Of a DNA stretch of 41,403 nucleotides, positions 33,954-41,403 are shown one piece after another; the first letter of the stretch is position 1, and the number at the start of each line of letters is the position of its first letter. Below the pieces are notes generated by a model. It was given only the letters and a program-made list of their open reading frames with translations, made no database searches and had not been told where the DNA came from. A program made the position numbers and the translations under genes. The DNA is from an uncultured Pseudomonadota bacterium (GTDB lineage Bacteria; Pseudomonadota; Alphaproteobacteria; Rs-D84): contig CADCAA010000004.1 of NCBI GenBank assembly GCA_902799285.1, forward strand, positions 1 through 41,403. The letters run 5' to 3'.

Positions 33954-34517
33954 TTATTCACCTTTCATTTGTTCCAATTCTTCGCGGATTTCCGCAATTA
34001 CCTTTTCCACCTCGCCCATCAGATATTCGCGGTTTGCTTTTTCCGATGTTTCGTGTGTCACGACCGGGGCGGCACGAATGGCAAATGTTGCCATGCGGGT
34101 TTTAATAATCTTGCCGATTTCAAACCCGACTTTTTGAATCTGATCCAAACTGCCCAAATTTCGGCGTGCTTGTTCATATTCAATTTTTTTCAATTTGGCT
34201 TGGTACCCTTGATATGCGGCCTTTGCCAAATTAAATTGTTCTTTGATGCTGGCATCCGTGCCGAACCCCTGCGATTCTTGTTGCGCCGCTGTGTCCGTTG
34301 GCGCGGATTCCTGCTTTTTTTCTGTTTCGGAAACCGGTTTTTTATCCAAAACATTCTGAAATGCTATGTTGGCGGTCTGTGCAATTTTTGCCCGGGATTT
34401 TTCAAAGTCGATTTTGTCCCCGGCAAAAACCAGCCGTCCCTGTTTTTTAAGGGTATTTACATACGACTTTGTTTTATATCCCATAAACTGGGCAAATTGC
34501 GCATAACTGCCAATCAT
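33954..34517 (-). CDS. Terminase small subunit (Nu1-like)
   Basis: N-terminal HTH (SYAQFAQFMG..KSYV..LKKQGRL), YQAKLKKIEYEQ coiled coil, upstream of gpA. Confidence 0.75.
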   Translation of the reverse strand: MIGSYAQFAQFMGYKTKSYVNTLKKQGRLVFAGDKIDFEKSRAKIAQTANIAFQNVLDKKPVSETEKKQESAPTDTAAQQESQGFGTDASIKEQFNLAKAAYQGYQAKLKKIEYEQARRNLGSLDQIQKVGFEIGKIIKTRMATFAIRAAPVVTHETSEKANREYLMGEVEKVIAEIREELEQMKGE

Positions 34518-34519
34518 TT

Positions 34520-35788
34520 TTAATCAACCTTGAATTCAACCCCGTCTTGGTTAATTGCCACGCCACCAAATGTGTCGATGAACCGGCGGATAATTACATC
34601 GCAGTATTTTGGATCCAATTCCGCCATCCGGCACACGCGGTTTGTCTTTTCGCATGCAATCATGGTTGAACCCGACCCTCCAAATGGATCCAGGACAATT
34701 TGCCCGCGCAACGATGAATTTAATATCTGCCTTTCAATCAATGCGATTGGTTTCATGGTTGGGTGTAATGGGTTGTCTTTTGGTTTATCAAATTCCAATA
34801 CTGTCGATTGGTTGCGGTCGCCGCACCAAAAATGCGGGCCGCCGTCTTTCCACCCATATAAACATGGTTCGTGTTTTACTTGATAATCTTGTCTGCCCAA
34901 AACAAATGAATTTTTCAACCAAATCAATAATTCTCTAATTTCCCATCCAACGTTTTTACATGCAGCCCTGAAATTAAATCCCTGTTTATCTGCATGCCAA
35001 ACATAAAATACTGCACCGGGTTTCATTACTGCATTTGCTGCGCGCATCGCATTTGTTAAAAATGTTAAAAACTTGGCATCGGCCATATGGTCGTTCATGA
35101 TTTTTAACCCGGCACTATTTTCGATATCGACATTATATGGCGGGTCGGTTACCATCATATCCGCCAATTCGCCATCCATTAATTTTTTCAAATCATCCGC
35201 CGATGTACTGTCCCCACAAATCAATTTGTGATAGCAATGCAATTTATGCCTCCCGATCGTCCAAACATCACCGCTTTTGGTTTGTGGTTCAACTGGTGTC
35301 GCCGGAACGCTGTCCATCTGCTCTTGAACGTCATCCTGTTGTTTTTCTGCCTGCTCGTCAAATATGTCGCTAATTTCCCTTTCTGTAAACCCGGTCAGAT
35401 CCAAATCTGCGTTCATATCGCGTAATTGGTCAATCTTGATGCACAGTTTATCAATATTCCAAATGGACATTTCGCCGGATTTGTTATCAAAGATTTGCAA
35501 TTGAATCTTTTCCGCCTCGGTCAGCCCGGTTAAAACAATGCATGGCACGCGGTCCAGTTTTAATTTTTGCGCCGCCATCAATCGCCCATGCCCGGCAATC
35601 ACAATATTGTTTTCATCGACAATGATCGGGTTAGTCCATGCCGTTTCCATCGACCGGCACAATTTTTCAATCTGTTCATCCGAATGGTCTTTGGGATTTT
35701 CCGGGTCCGGTTTAATGTCGACCACGTTTTTAATCACAATTTCCAAAGATTCCAATTGTTTTTGTATTTTTTCTGAAATATTTTCCAT
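34520..35788 (-). CDS. ParB-N domain fused N6/N4 DNA methyltransferase
   Basis: IAGHGRL ParB box; DPPYN, HPTMKP, LDPFGGSGST. Confidence 0.93.
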   Translation of the reverse strand: MENISEKIQKQLESLEIVIKNVVDIKPDPENPKDHSDEQIEKLCRSMETAWTNPIIVDENNIVIAGHGRLMAAQKLKLDRVPCIVLTGLTEAEKIQLQIFDNKSGEMSIWNIDKLCIKIDQLRDMNADLDLTGFTEREISDIFDEQAEKQQDDVQEQMDSVPATPVEPQTKSGDVWTIGRHKLHCYHKLICGDSTSADDLKKLMDGELADMMVTDPPYNVDIENSAGLKIMNDHMADAKFLTFLTNAMRAANAVMKPGAVFYVWHADKQGFNFRAACKNVGWEIRELLIWLKNSFVLGRQDYQVKHEPCLYGWKDGGPHFWCGDRNQSTVLEFDKPKDNPLHPTMKPIALIERQILNSSLRGQIVLDPFGGSGSTMIACEKTNRVCRMAELDPKYCDVIIRRFIDTFGGVAINQDGVEFKVD

Positions 35789-35885
35789 TTTGCTTCCTTT
35801 ATGTTTATTTTTTGTCAACTTTTATCTGTTCTCTTGCCGTTCTGTATCGTTCTCTACCGTTCACCAATTTTGTTCACCCCACTAA

Positions 35886-35942
35886 CTAGAATTTCATCGC
35901 GCATCGCGTGACCCGCAGTGGTTAAGGGTTTCAACAGAACCT
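35886..35942 (-). other. Possible cos (packaging initiation) region
   Basis: Non-coding gap before the packaging operon; AGGTTCT (cosQ-like) 19 nt before GC-rich GCGGGTCACGCG; analogy to lambda only. Confidence 0.35.
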
Positions 35943-35978
35943 ATTGCCGCATTGGTGGCGGTTCTGCGGGTGATTTTT

Positions 35979-36698
35979 CTATACTTTGGCGGTTGCCATT
36001 GCCCCCGTCATTGCTTTGTCGAACAGGTCGTCAAACATCTTGTTGACAGTATCTTCGACCACTTTGGTGAAATTGAATTGTGGATTGATTTGAACGGATT
36101 CTACAAGCACATACAGGGCGCGATAATCGTTTGGGCCACTGCCATACCGTTGAAATAGCACTTTATTGCCATTTGCTTTGCCATCAAGAACGAATACACG
36201 GTTTTTAATTGGGTTATTCAGTAAATATTGTGCATTTGGGCGCAGTTTGCCATTTGCACCGTATCGCACATGATCCATGATTGGTATTGCAATATATTTA
36301 ATTTTGTTGCCACGGTCATTCTGTATTGTGACATATTCCGGGGTACGTGCAGATGAATTATCATCAGATTGCTGATGTATTTGCCATGATGGTGTGGCAA
36401 TTTTGATTTTCATATCTTCCAATGGCACTTTTTTTGATATCTGTGTGCTGAAATATGCGGCCGCATCGGTTATGTATTGCGGGCCTGCACTGGTTGATCC
36501 GGTTTTATATCTGCGCGACCATGCGGCACGTATATTGAATTTTTGCCCAGAAACTGTGACCAATTTTGATCCAATCATTCTGCCCAAGTCATTCAGTGCT
36601 TTGGACATTGCAAATGGCACTTGTTTCCATGTCAAATCGTCAATATACTTTGACAGGTCCGGACCTTTAATCGTAATATTTAGTGTTTGTTCTGGCAT
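35979..36698 (-). CDS. Hypothetical phage protein (possibly gpZ-like neck/tail)
   Basis: KQVPFAMSKALN motif; TAATG overlap with rep. Confidence 0.55.
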   Translation of the reverse strand: MPEQTLNITIKGPDLSKYIDDLTWKQVPFAMSKALNDLGRMIGSKLVTVSGQKFNIRAAWSRRYKTGSTSAGPQYITDAAAYFSTQISKKVPLEDMKIKIATPSWQIHQQSDDNSSARTPEYVTIQNDRGNKIKYIAIPIMDHVRYGANGKLRPNAQYLLNNPIKNRVFVLDGKANGNKVLFQRYGSGPNDYRALYVLVESVQINPQFNFTKVVEDTVNKMFDDLFDKAMTGAMATAKV

Positions 36699-37816
36699 TA
36701 TTTCCACCCCATCTGTTCATAAAACTTTTTCATATGTGCGAAATCGTCCGTTGGATCATAGTTTATGTATTCTGTCATACCAATTTGTTTGCATAATTCG
36801 CCCCACATTGCGCGTTGTTGTTCCATGGTGGCATTACCTTTACGAATTTGTTTATATGCTTCCTGTCGCCACCATTGGCGCACAAATTCGTGTTCCACAG
36901 ATGTAATGTCGCCACCATCCCCCAGGAAATAAATCACGCGCGCCATTTCATCACCACAATCGGCCGCTTTGCGAATATTTCGCATAATCAGCCAATTAAA
37001 CGGGTTTTTGTTGTAATAATCCGCCATTGCGCGGCGCAAAACCGTTGTCCATATATGATTTTTGTTCCGAAATGCTATGTTGCGTTTGGTCCAGATATCG
37101 CACCCAATCACGCCAATTTGTGGCATTGTGACCAATTCTTGGCCAGATTTATCGGCTTTCTTGGTTGCCGGTTTATATTCGGCTTCGTATCCGCGATTTT
37201 CCAACCAGCGATACAGATATTGCACCATTCCTTTGTCTGCAACTTCGGCTGAATTTACATATTCTGGTATTTTGGCCAGTATTTGTTCTGGATCAATTCG
37301 GTCGGTACAAACCAAATGCACAAAACTGTCATATGCTTGTTGTTTGGATCCGCGTCTGGTTTTTGGATATGCATCCCATAACTTTTCAAAATTTTCATTA
37401 ACGCGCACGCGCGTTGGAATAATATATTTTTTATTACTTTGTTTTTCATCATTATATAAGGACGACATTTTTGTCACCACCACGGTGTCATTTTTGTCAC
37501 CACCCCCCTGTGATAATTTAGGCAGTTTCCAGTCATCTGACATGGTTATTTTACGTTCATTTTGGTTGCCGGATTCAGTAACAATATCGCGTTTTATATA
37601 TCCGCATTGTTCCAGTAATGCCAATGCACGCTGTAATGTTCTTTCGCCACAGAATCCCAGTGCACCTAATATATAATCGTTGGATGCGAAACATACGCCT
37701 GTTTTATGCGTTAGATTTTCGACCAAACCATATACAACCCTGGCGGTTGATGTTAAACGCACATCTTCCAGTAATTGTGATGGTGTGACCGTATAATATG
37801 CTTTTTTATATTTCAT
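36698..37816 (-). CDS. Replication initiator with N-terminal HTH
   Basis: L..TARVVYG...GVCFASNDY...ERTLQRAL..LE..GYI; FEKLWDAYPK; internal iterons. Confidence 0.8.
   Translation of the reverse strand: MKYKKAYYTVTPSQLLEDVRLTSTARVVYGLVENLTHKTGVCFASNDYILGALGFCGERTLQRALALLEQCGYIKRDIVTESGNQNERKITMSDDWKLPKLSQGGGDKNDTVVVTKMSSLYNDEKQSNKKYIIPTRVRVNENFEKLWDAYPKTRRGSKQQAYDSFVHLVCTDRIDPEQILAKIPEYVNSAEVADKGMVQYLYRWLENRGYEAEYKPATKKADKSGQELVTMPQIGVIGCDIWTKRNIAFRNKNHIWTTVLRRAMADYYNKNPFNWLIMRNIRKAADCGDEMARVIYFLGDGGDITSVEHEFVRQWWRQEAYKQIRKGNATMEQQRAMWGELCKQIGMTEYINYDPTDDFAHMKKFYEQMGWK
37466..37504. repeat. Iterons / putative replication origin inside rep
   Basis: CATTTTTGTCACCACC at 37466-37481 and 37489-37504 (23-bp period), next to an AT-rich tract. 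Confidence 0.65.
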
Positions 37817-37838
37817 GTTTGTTTTGACCCTGTTTATT

Positions 37839-38102
37839 TTATAAATCCACCCATATAAAGTTTTGTGGTGTTGCTTCCTGCTGAACAATCAGTTTTTGTT
37901 CAATCAATTCCAAATATGCTTTTTTCACATCTTTTAATGGTATATGCAGTTCACGTGCGAAATATTCTGGATCATCGTCCATTGTTTGATCTTCATCAAC
38001 ACATGCAGTCATTTCACAGAATATAAGTTTCGCGACCGGCGACAATTTGTCGTGGTATCTTACTTTTGGCAACAAAACTGCGTTGTACATTGCTTCTATC
38101 AT
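37839..38102 (-). CDS. Winged-HTH protein
   Basis: KLSPVAKLIF...YFARELHI..KDVKKAYLEL. Confidence 0.65.
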   Translation of the reverse strand: MIEAMYNAVLLPKVRYHDKLSPVAKLIFCEMTACVDEDQTMDDDPEYFARELHIPLKDVKKAYLELIEQKLIVQQEATPQNFIWVDL

Positions 38103-38344
38103 TTTCTTGTAACCTTTATTATTGTTTGGTCCCATTCTTTTTCTGATTTTTCGATATCAAATGCCACAGATAATGCTTGAAAATCAGTTTTTGGATTCGC
38201 ACTTGTATCAATGCCATAGAATCCACGAACCATTCCTTGTTTTGGCTGTTTCTTATACCAGTACCATTCGCCTGTTGAATCCATGGCAACAAAGCCAGGT
38301 TTCAAGAACGGTATTAAATCGGTGATTTGTATTTTTTTAGTCAT
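38099..38344 (-). CDS. Hypothetical phage protein
   Basis: GFVAMDSTGEWYWYKKQP motif. Confidence 0.7.
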   Translation of the reverse strand: MTKKIQITDLIPFLKPGFVAMDSTGEWYWYKKQPKQGMVRGFYGIDTSANPKTDFQALSVAFDIEKSEKEWDQTIIKVTRK

Positions 38345-38684
38345 CTATTCCCTCCTTTGATTTGAAATATGCCTGCAAAGCACGTTTGCCATACAGGCGG
38401 TCTTGGTTTTTTTCCACGCAATCTTGCACAATCTGCAAAATTTCGGCTGGTTCCCAATTCATTAAATCGCACCACATCTTGAAATCTGGGTTGCGATCTG
38501 TAAAAAATTTTTCTGCTTCTATCCGGCGATAACGATTAAGATAATGGACATATATTTTTCGGTTTTTGTTGCATGTGTGCGCATAAAGACCAGTGGTAAA
38601 TACGAATTTTCTATGCGGACGCAACATATCGCGCAAATATTGAATAAATATTTTTTCAACCAAAGCCGTATATCCGCCTGTCAT
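38337..38684 (-). CDS. Hypothetical protein
   Basis: 115 aa, GGGAG RBS, overlaps neighbours. Confidence 0.65.
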   Translation of the reverse strand: MTGGYTALVEKIFIQYLRDMLRPHRKFVFTTGLYAHTCNKNRKIYVHYLNRYRRIEAEKFFTDRNPDFKMWCDLMNWEPAEILQIVQDCVEKNQDRLYGKRALQAYFKSKEGIDD

Positions 38685-38851
38685 CTTATTAAACTCCCTC
38701 CCGGATATGTTTTGATTTGTTTATTTAATACCCACCCAAGAACATTTATTTTTGCCAATACAATTTGCCTTATTGGATCAGTTGGCGACAAAATATCGTA
38801 TTGTTCCATCAATTGGTTCAATTCCCGCAAAATTTCGGTTTTATCTTTCAT
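38681..38851 (-). CDS. Small hypothetical protein (56 aa, not in ORF track)
   Basis: MKDKTEILRELNQL...INVLGWVL; fills the gap. Confidence 0.55.
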   Translation of the reverse strand: MKDKTEILRELNQLMEQYDILSPTDPIRQIVLAKINVLGWVLNKQIKTYPGGSLIR

Positions 38852-39116
38852 TTGCAGGCACCCTGTTTATATATGGAACTATTTGATAATTTTGACGAAA
38901 CGGTACAGCCACGGCGTTTAACCCTGCACGTGCGATTTCAATCGTTGGTGCAAATCCAACTATCCGTTTATTGTGCCGCATTAATATTGCGAACCCGTAT
39001 TCCATGTTTGACCCTGTTTTTTGTATGCAAAACACCCTGCGGTTCGTGACCGTTTTATGTTTTACATTCATGTTTTTGCGGGTTGCCCCGCGCTTTTTCT
39101 GCCCCGCCGCTGTCAT
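38841..39116 (-). CDS. Hypothetical basic protein
   Basis: 91 aa ORF in operon orientation. Confidence 0.5.
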   Translation of the reverse strand: MTAAGQKKRGATRKNMNVKHKTVTNRRVFCIQKTGSNMEYGFAILMRHNKRIVGFAPTIEIARAGLNAVAVPFRQNYQIVPYINRVPANER

Positions 39117-39168
39117 TTCAGATTCTTATCTCTCTCTTACTGTGCAGGCCGGTGGCGCACGAAACTGT

Positions 39169-39444
39169 TTATCCGAAATCGAATTCCATCTGCACGCCAA
39201 TGGCATTGCAGTACATTTTTAATAATTCGTTGTATTCGGAAACTTTTTCGGGGTCTGCGGCACGCAGTTTTATGACTTTTTTAATAAATTTGGGATCATA
39301 TCCGGCGGATTTCGCTTCGGAATAAATTTCAGACATATCCGCATTGATTTGTTTGTGCTGTTCTTCTAAACGTTCCAAACGTTCAACAAATCCACGCAGT
39401 ATTTCGCCATCTATCGCGCCGTGATTTTGTTTTATACGTGCCAT
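39169..39444 (-). CDS. gapR: GapR/DUF2312 nucleoid-associated protein homologue
   Basis: LRGFVERLERLEE...IYSEAKSAGYDPK..KKVIKLR...LL.MY..AIG. Confidence 0.9.
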   Translation of the reverse strand: MARIKQNHGAIDGEILRGFVERLERLEEQHKQINADMSEIYSEAKSAGYDPKFIKKVIKLRAADPEKVSEYNELLKMYCNAIGVQMEFDFG

Positions 39445-39478
39445 TTTCCTTTCCCCCTGTTTTCTTTTTCATGCGTAT

Positions 39479-39525
39479 TGTAAATTATAAATTACATAAA
39501 GTCAAGCAATTTGTGCAACTTATAA
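39479..39525 (-). promoter_or_regulatory. Leftward early promoter/operator
   Basis: TTGACT-N17-TACAAT; 42/47 identical to the inverted copy at 41088-41134. Confidence 0.8.
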
Positions 39526-39581
39526 TTGACACAGCAAAAACAAGTAGTGGAAATTTTGCAAATTCAGTATATAATCTGAAT

Positions 39582-40073
39582 ATGTTTGTGATTGGTGTAT
39601 TTTTATCAACTGTCTTTTTTTCGCCCGGTCCGGACTGTGAAACGGCAATCATCAACAATATCAATAATTCCACAAAAACAATTGATGCCGCTGTCTATTC
39701 AATAACAAACCCGAATATTGTTGCCGCATTAAAAAATGCCCATGACCGGGGCATTAAAATTCGAATTTTGACCGACCGGACCCAGGCCGGCAATAAAAAA
39801 TCATTGGTATGGGATATGTTTGAATATGGTATCAATGTCGTTATACACAGAAAATATCGGATTGAACACAATAAATTTGCTATTTATGACGGCAACCGCC
39901 TTTCCACCGGATCATATAATTGGACCACAAATGCCAGCGCACACAATTCTGAAAATTGTATCTTTTTGGATACGAATGATCCGGCAATCACCGAATACCA
40001 GCGCAGATTTGATTATTTATGGGAAACAAACCCCAGTGAAAAATCAACGGCGTGGCCCGGATTGAATTACTGA
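39582..40073 (+). CDS. Phospholipase D-family (Nuc-like) nuclease
   Basis: FSPG, HNKFAIYD (HKD), TGSYNWT...NSEN; TATAAT 6 nt before ATG 39582. Confidence 0.9.
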   Translation: MFVIGVFLSTVFFSPGPDCETAIINNINNSTKTIDAAVYSITNPNIVAALKNAHDRGIKIRILTDRTQAGNKKSLVWDMFEYGINVVIHRKYRIEHNKFAIYDGNRLSTGSYNWTTNASAHNSENCIFLDTNDPAITEYQRRFDYLWETNPSEKSTAWPGLNY

Positions 40074-40582
40074 TTTTTCCTTTCTGGGACCACATATTCA
40101 ACCCCCGTATATGCGGTTATTGTATCTTCACCTCCCGGGGCAAATATACGGATTCCGCGTATTGTCACATTGGGGCGGTCAATTACCGATATTGTTACAC
40201 CCTGTTTCAACAAAATGCACGACCCCTGTTTGTACAGATATTGTTTATTTTTATAATCAGATTCAATGAATTCTTTGTATAATTCCAACGTTACGCATAC
40301 TGGAAACGACCGTATTACCTTGTAATCTGTGTCAACATAATATGGCATATCGGTATCGGCGGTTTGTTCAACCGGGGCGGACTTTATCGTTTCGGTCGGT
40401 TTTTTGTCCGGCATGAATGCATAAACACACAATACCAGCGCAATTAACCCGCCAATTAAATACTGCCCGGTGTTATTTGCACCGCACTTTGGGCAAACGC
40501 CCATAAACCAGTTGTACCACCCATCAGATTTGTATTTGTTTTGGCATTTCCAACATTGGTTGTTTATTTGTTTTTTTGCCAT
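40067..40582 (-). CDS. Zinc-ribbon, single-TM membrane protein
   Basis: CWKC...CPKCG, TM LIGGLIALVLCVYAFM, soluble C-terminal domain; downstream of repressor. Confidence 0.7.
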   Translation of the reverse strand: MAKKQINNQCWKCQNKYKSDGWYNWFMGVCPKCGANNTGQYLIGGLIALVLCVYAFMPDKKPTETIKSAPVEQTADTDMPYYVDTDYKVIRSFPVCVTLELYKEFIESDYKNKQYLYKQGSCILLKQGVTISVIDRPNVTIRGIRIFAPGGEDTITAYTGVEYVVPERKNQ

Positions 40583-40692
40583 ATTTTACCCCTTTATTTA
40601 AACTATTGCACCGACACAGTATGCCATTAAAGCAGTTATTGTTATTGCAATCAACGTAAAATTCACATAAATTATATTTCCGACCTGCCGGG

Positions 40693-41034
40693 CTATGCGG
40701 CCACGGATTGTTTTTGTTTGTTTTTTTCCCTTTGTTGAACTTTGACCCATACGATTGTTTCCATTTTTTCGTATTCGGTCAAATCATCCCATATACGGGC
40801 CATTTCCATATCGGCATCGGTTCGGTCGTATATCAAATCTTCGATTCGAACACCCAATCCACGTGCAAATTTATCCAAAGTGTCAATTTGCGGCGCGGTT
40901 TTTATCTTTAACATATTACCAATCTGGGCGCGATTATTAAATTTGCATTTTCGGCATATTTCTGAATCGGATGTTGCTTCCGTCTGGTTTGCAATCTGCC
41001 TTATGCGTTTAACAATTTGCTCGTTGTTTAACAT
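40693..41034 (-). CDS. XRE-family HTH repressor (CI-like)
   Basis: SEICRKC...PQIDTLDKFARGLGVRIEDLI; lies between the twin operators. Confidence 0.8.
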   Translation of the reverse strand: MLNNEQIVKRIRQIANQTEATSDSEICRKCKFNNRAQIGNMLKIKTAPQIDTLDKFARGLGVRIEDLIYDRTDADMEMARIWDDLTEYEKMETIVWVKVQQREKNKQKQSVAA

Positions 41035-41087
41035 TTGTTTTCCTTTTGTTTTTATTTTACATAATTTGCTCCTTTTTGTTTATTTGT

Positions 41088-41134
41088 TTATAAATTACAC
41101 AAATCACTTGACATTATGTAATTTATAATTTACA
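41088..41134 (+). promoter_or_regulatory. Rightward early promoter/operator
   Basis: TTGACA-N17-TACACT; inverted near-copy of 39479-39525. Confidence 0.8.
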
Positions 41135-41170
41135 CTATGTATCGGACAAAGGCAAATTAAGGAGGAAATC

Positions 41171-41359
41171 ATGAAAAAATTATTTTTTGTTTCATTCATT
41201 GCATCGTTTATTGGGATTGTTATTGGCGCACGCGTTTTTGCATCCGCACCACAATCATGTGTTGTTGATTCAACTTTTAACCGGGTTGAATGCTGTGCGC
41301 ATATTACCGCCGATGGTCGTTGTGCCGTTGGCCAAGATGTAACGGTGTTCAACATATAA
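41171..41359 (+). CDS. Small secreted Cys-rich protein
   Basis: AAGGAGG RBS; signal peptide MKKLFFVSFIASFIGIVIGARVFA; four Cys in the ~38-aa mature part. Confidence 0.7.
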   Translation: MKKLFFVSFIASFIGIVIGARVFASAPQSCVVDSTFNRVECCAHITADGRCAVGQDVTVFNI

Positions 41360-41403
41360 CACAGGCAGGGGGGGCTGATTTACCATGACTATTCTGGACA
41401 CTG
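41305..41403. repeat. Terminal direct repeat (circular assembly overlap), right copy
   Basis: Identical to 1-99; ORF 41171-41359 and the start of ORF 81-905 read through it. Confidence 0.95.

Larger units (their letters stand above)
1..41304. mobile_element. Complete temperate bacteriophage genome (lambda-like head, Mu-like contractile tail, serine integrase), probably alphaproteobacterial host
   Basis: Packaging, head, tail, lysis, integration, immunity and replication modules all present; circular ends; GapR-like gene. Confidence 0.93.

Noticed and set aside
35219-35250. HKLHCYHKL micro-duplication in the methyltransferase linker
   Set aside because: Short in-frame duplication outside the catalytic motifs; no sign of function.
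14491-37676. Long plus-strand ORFs opposite the structural and replication genes (e.g. 14491-15225, 27378-28295, 28452-29240, 33744-34523)
   Set aside because: Antisense shadows of well-supported minus-strand genes; no RBS or recognisable motifs.
1-41403. Complete DGR (RT, Avd, TR) within the phage
   Set aside because: No ORF with RT motifs and no second copy of the VR seen by eye; a dotplot should confirm.
1-41403. Stop-codon reassignment
   Set aside because: Core genes are full length in the standard code and TAA, TGA and TAG all end genes.

Overview
A complete, circularly assembled temperate myophage genome of about 41,304 bp; bases 1-99 repeat exactly at 41305-41403. It has a lambda-like packaging and head module (Nu1-like small terminase, gpA, gpW, portal, S49 protease/scaffold, gpD, gpE) joined to a Mu-like contractile tail. 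It also carries tail-fibre genes, a lysis cassette, a large serine integrase whose 3' end contains a tRNA-3'-end-like attP, an XRE repressor between twin divergent promoters, and a replication gene with iterons. A GapR/DUF2312 homologue points to an alphaproteobacterial host (inference). The most unusual region is the early operon at 0.9-4.9 kb. (i) Gene 2315-2971 ends in a 120-nt stretch with the adenine signature of a diversity-generating-retroelement variable region, yet I see no reverse transcriptase or template repeat in the genome, suggesting diversification in trans by a host DGR. (ii) There are three NCCA-terminated tRNA-like or minihelix RNAs with non-canonical anticodon arms, two of them inside a ~400-nt structured non-coding tract. 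(iii) A run of short genes is joined by a repeated ~21-nt junction (GAACAAAAGGA...ATG, encoding EQKD-K). Also noted: a four-copy late-promoter motif, a -1 frameshift tail chaperone and a G9 tract at the start of the large terminase. All calls are by eye; no searches were run.
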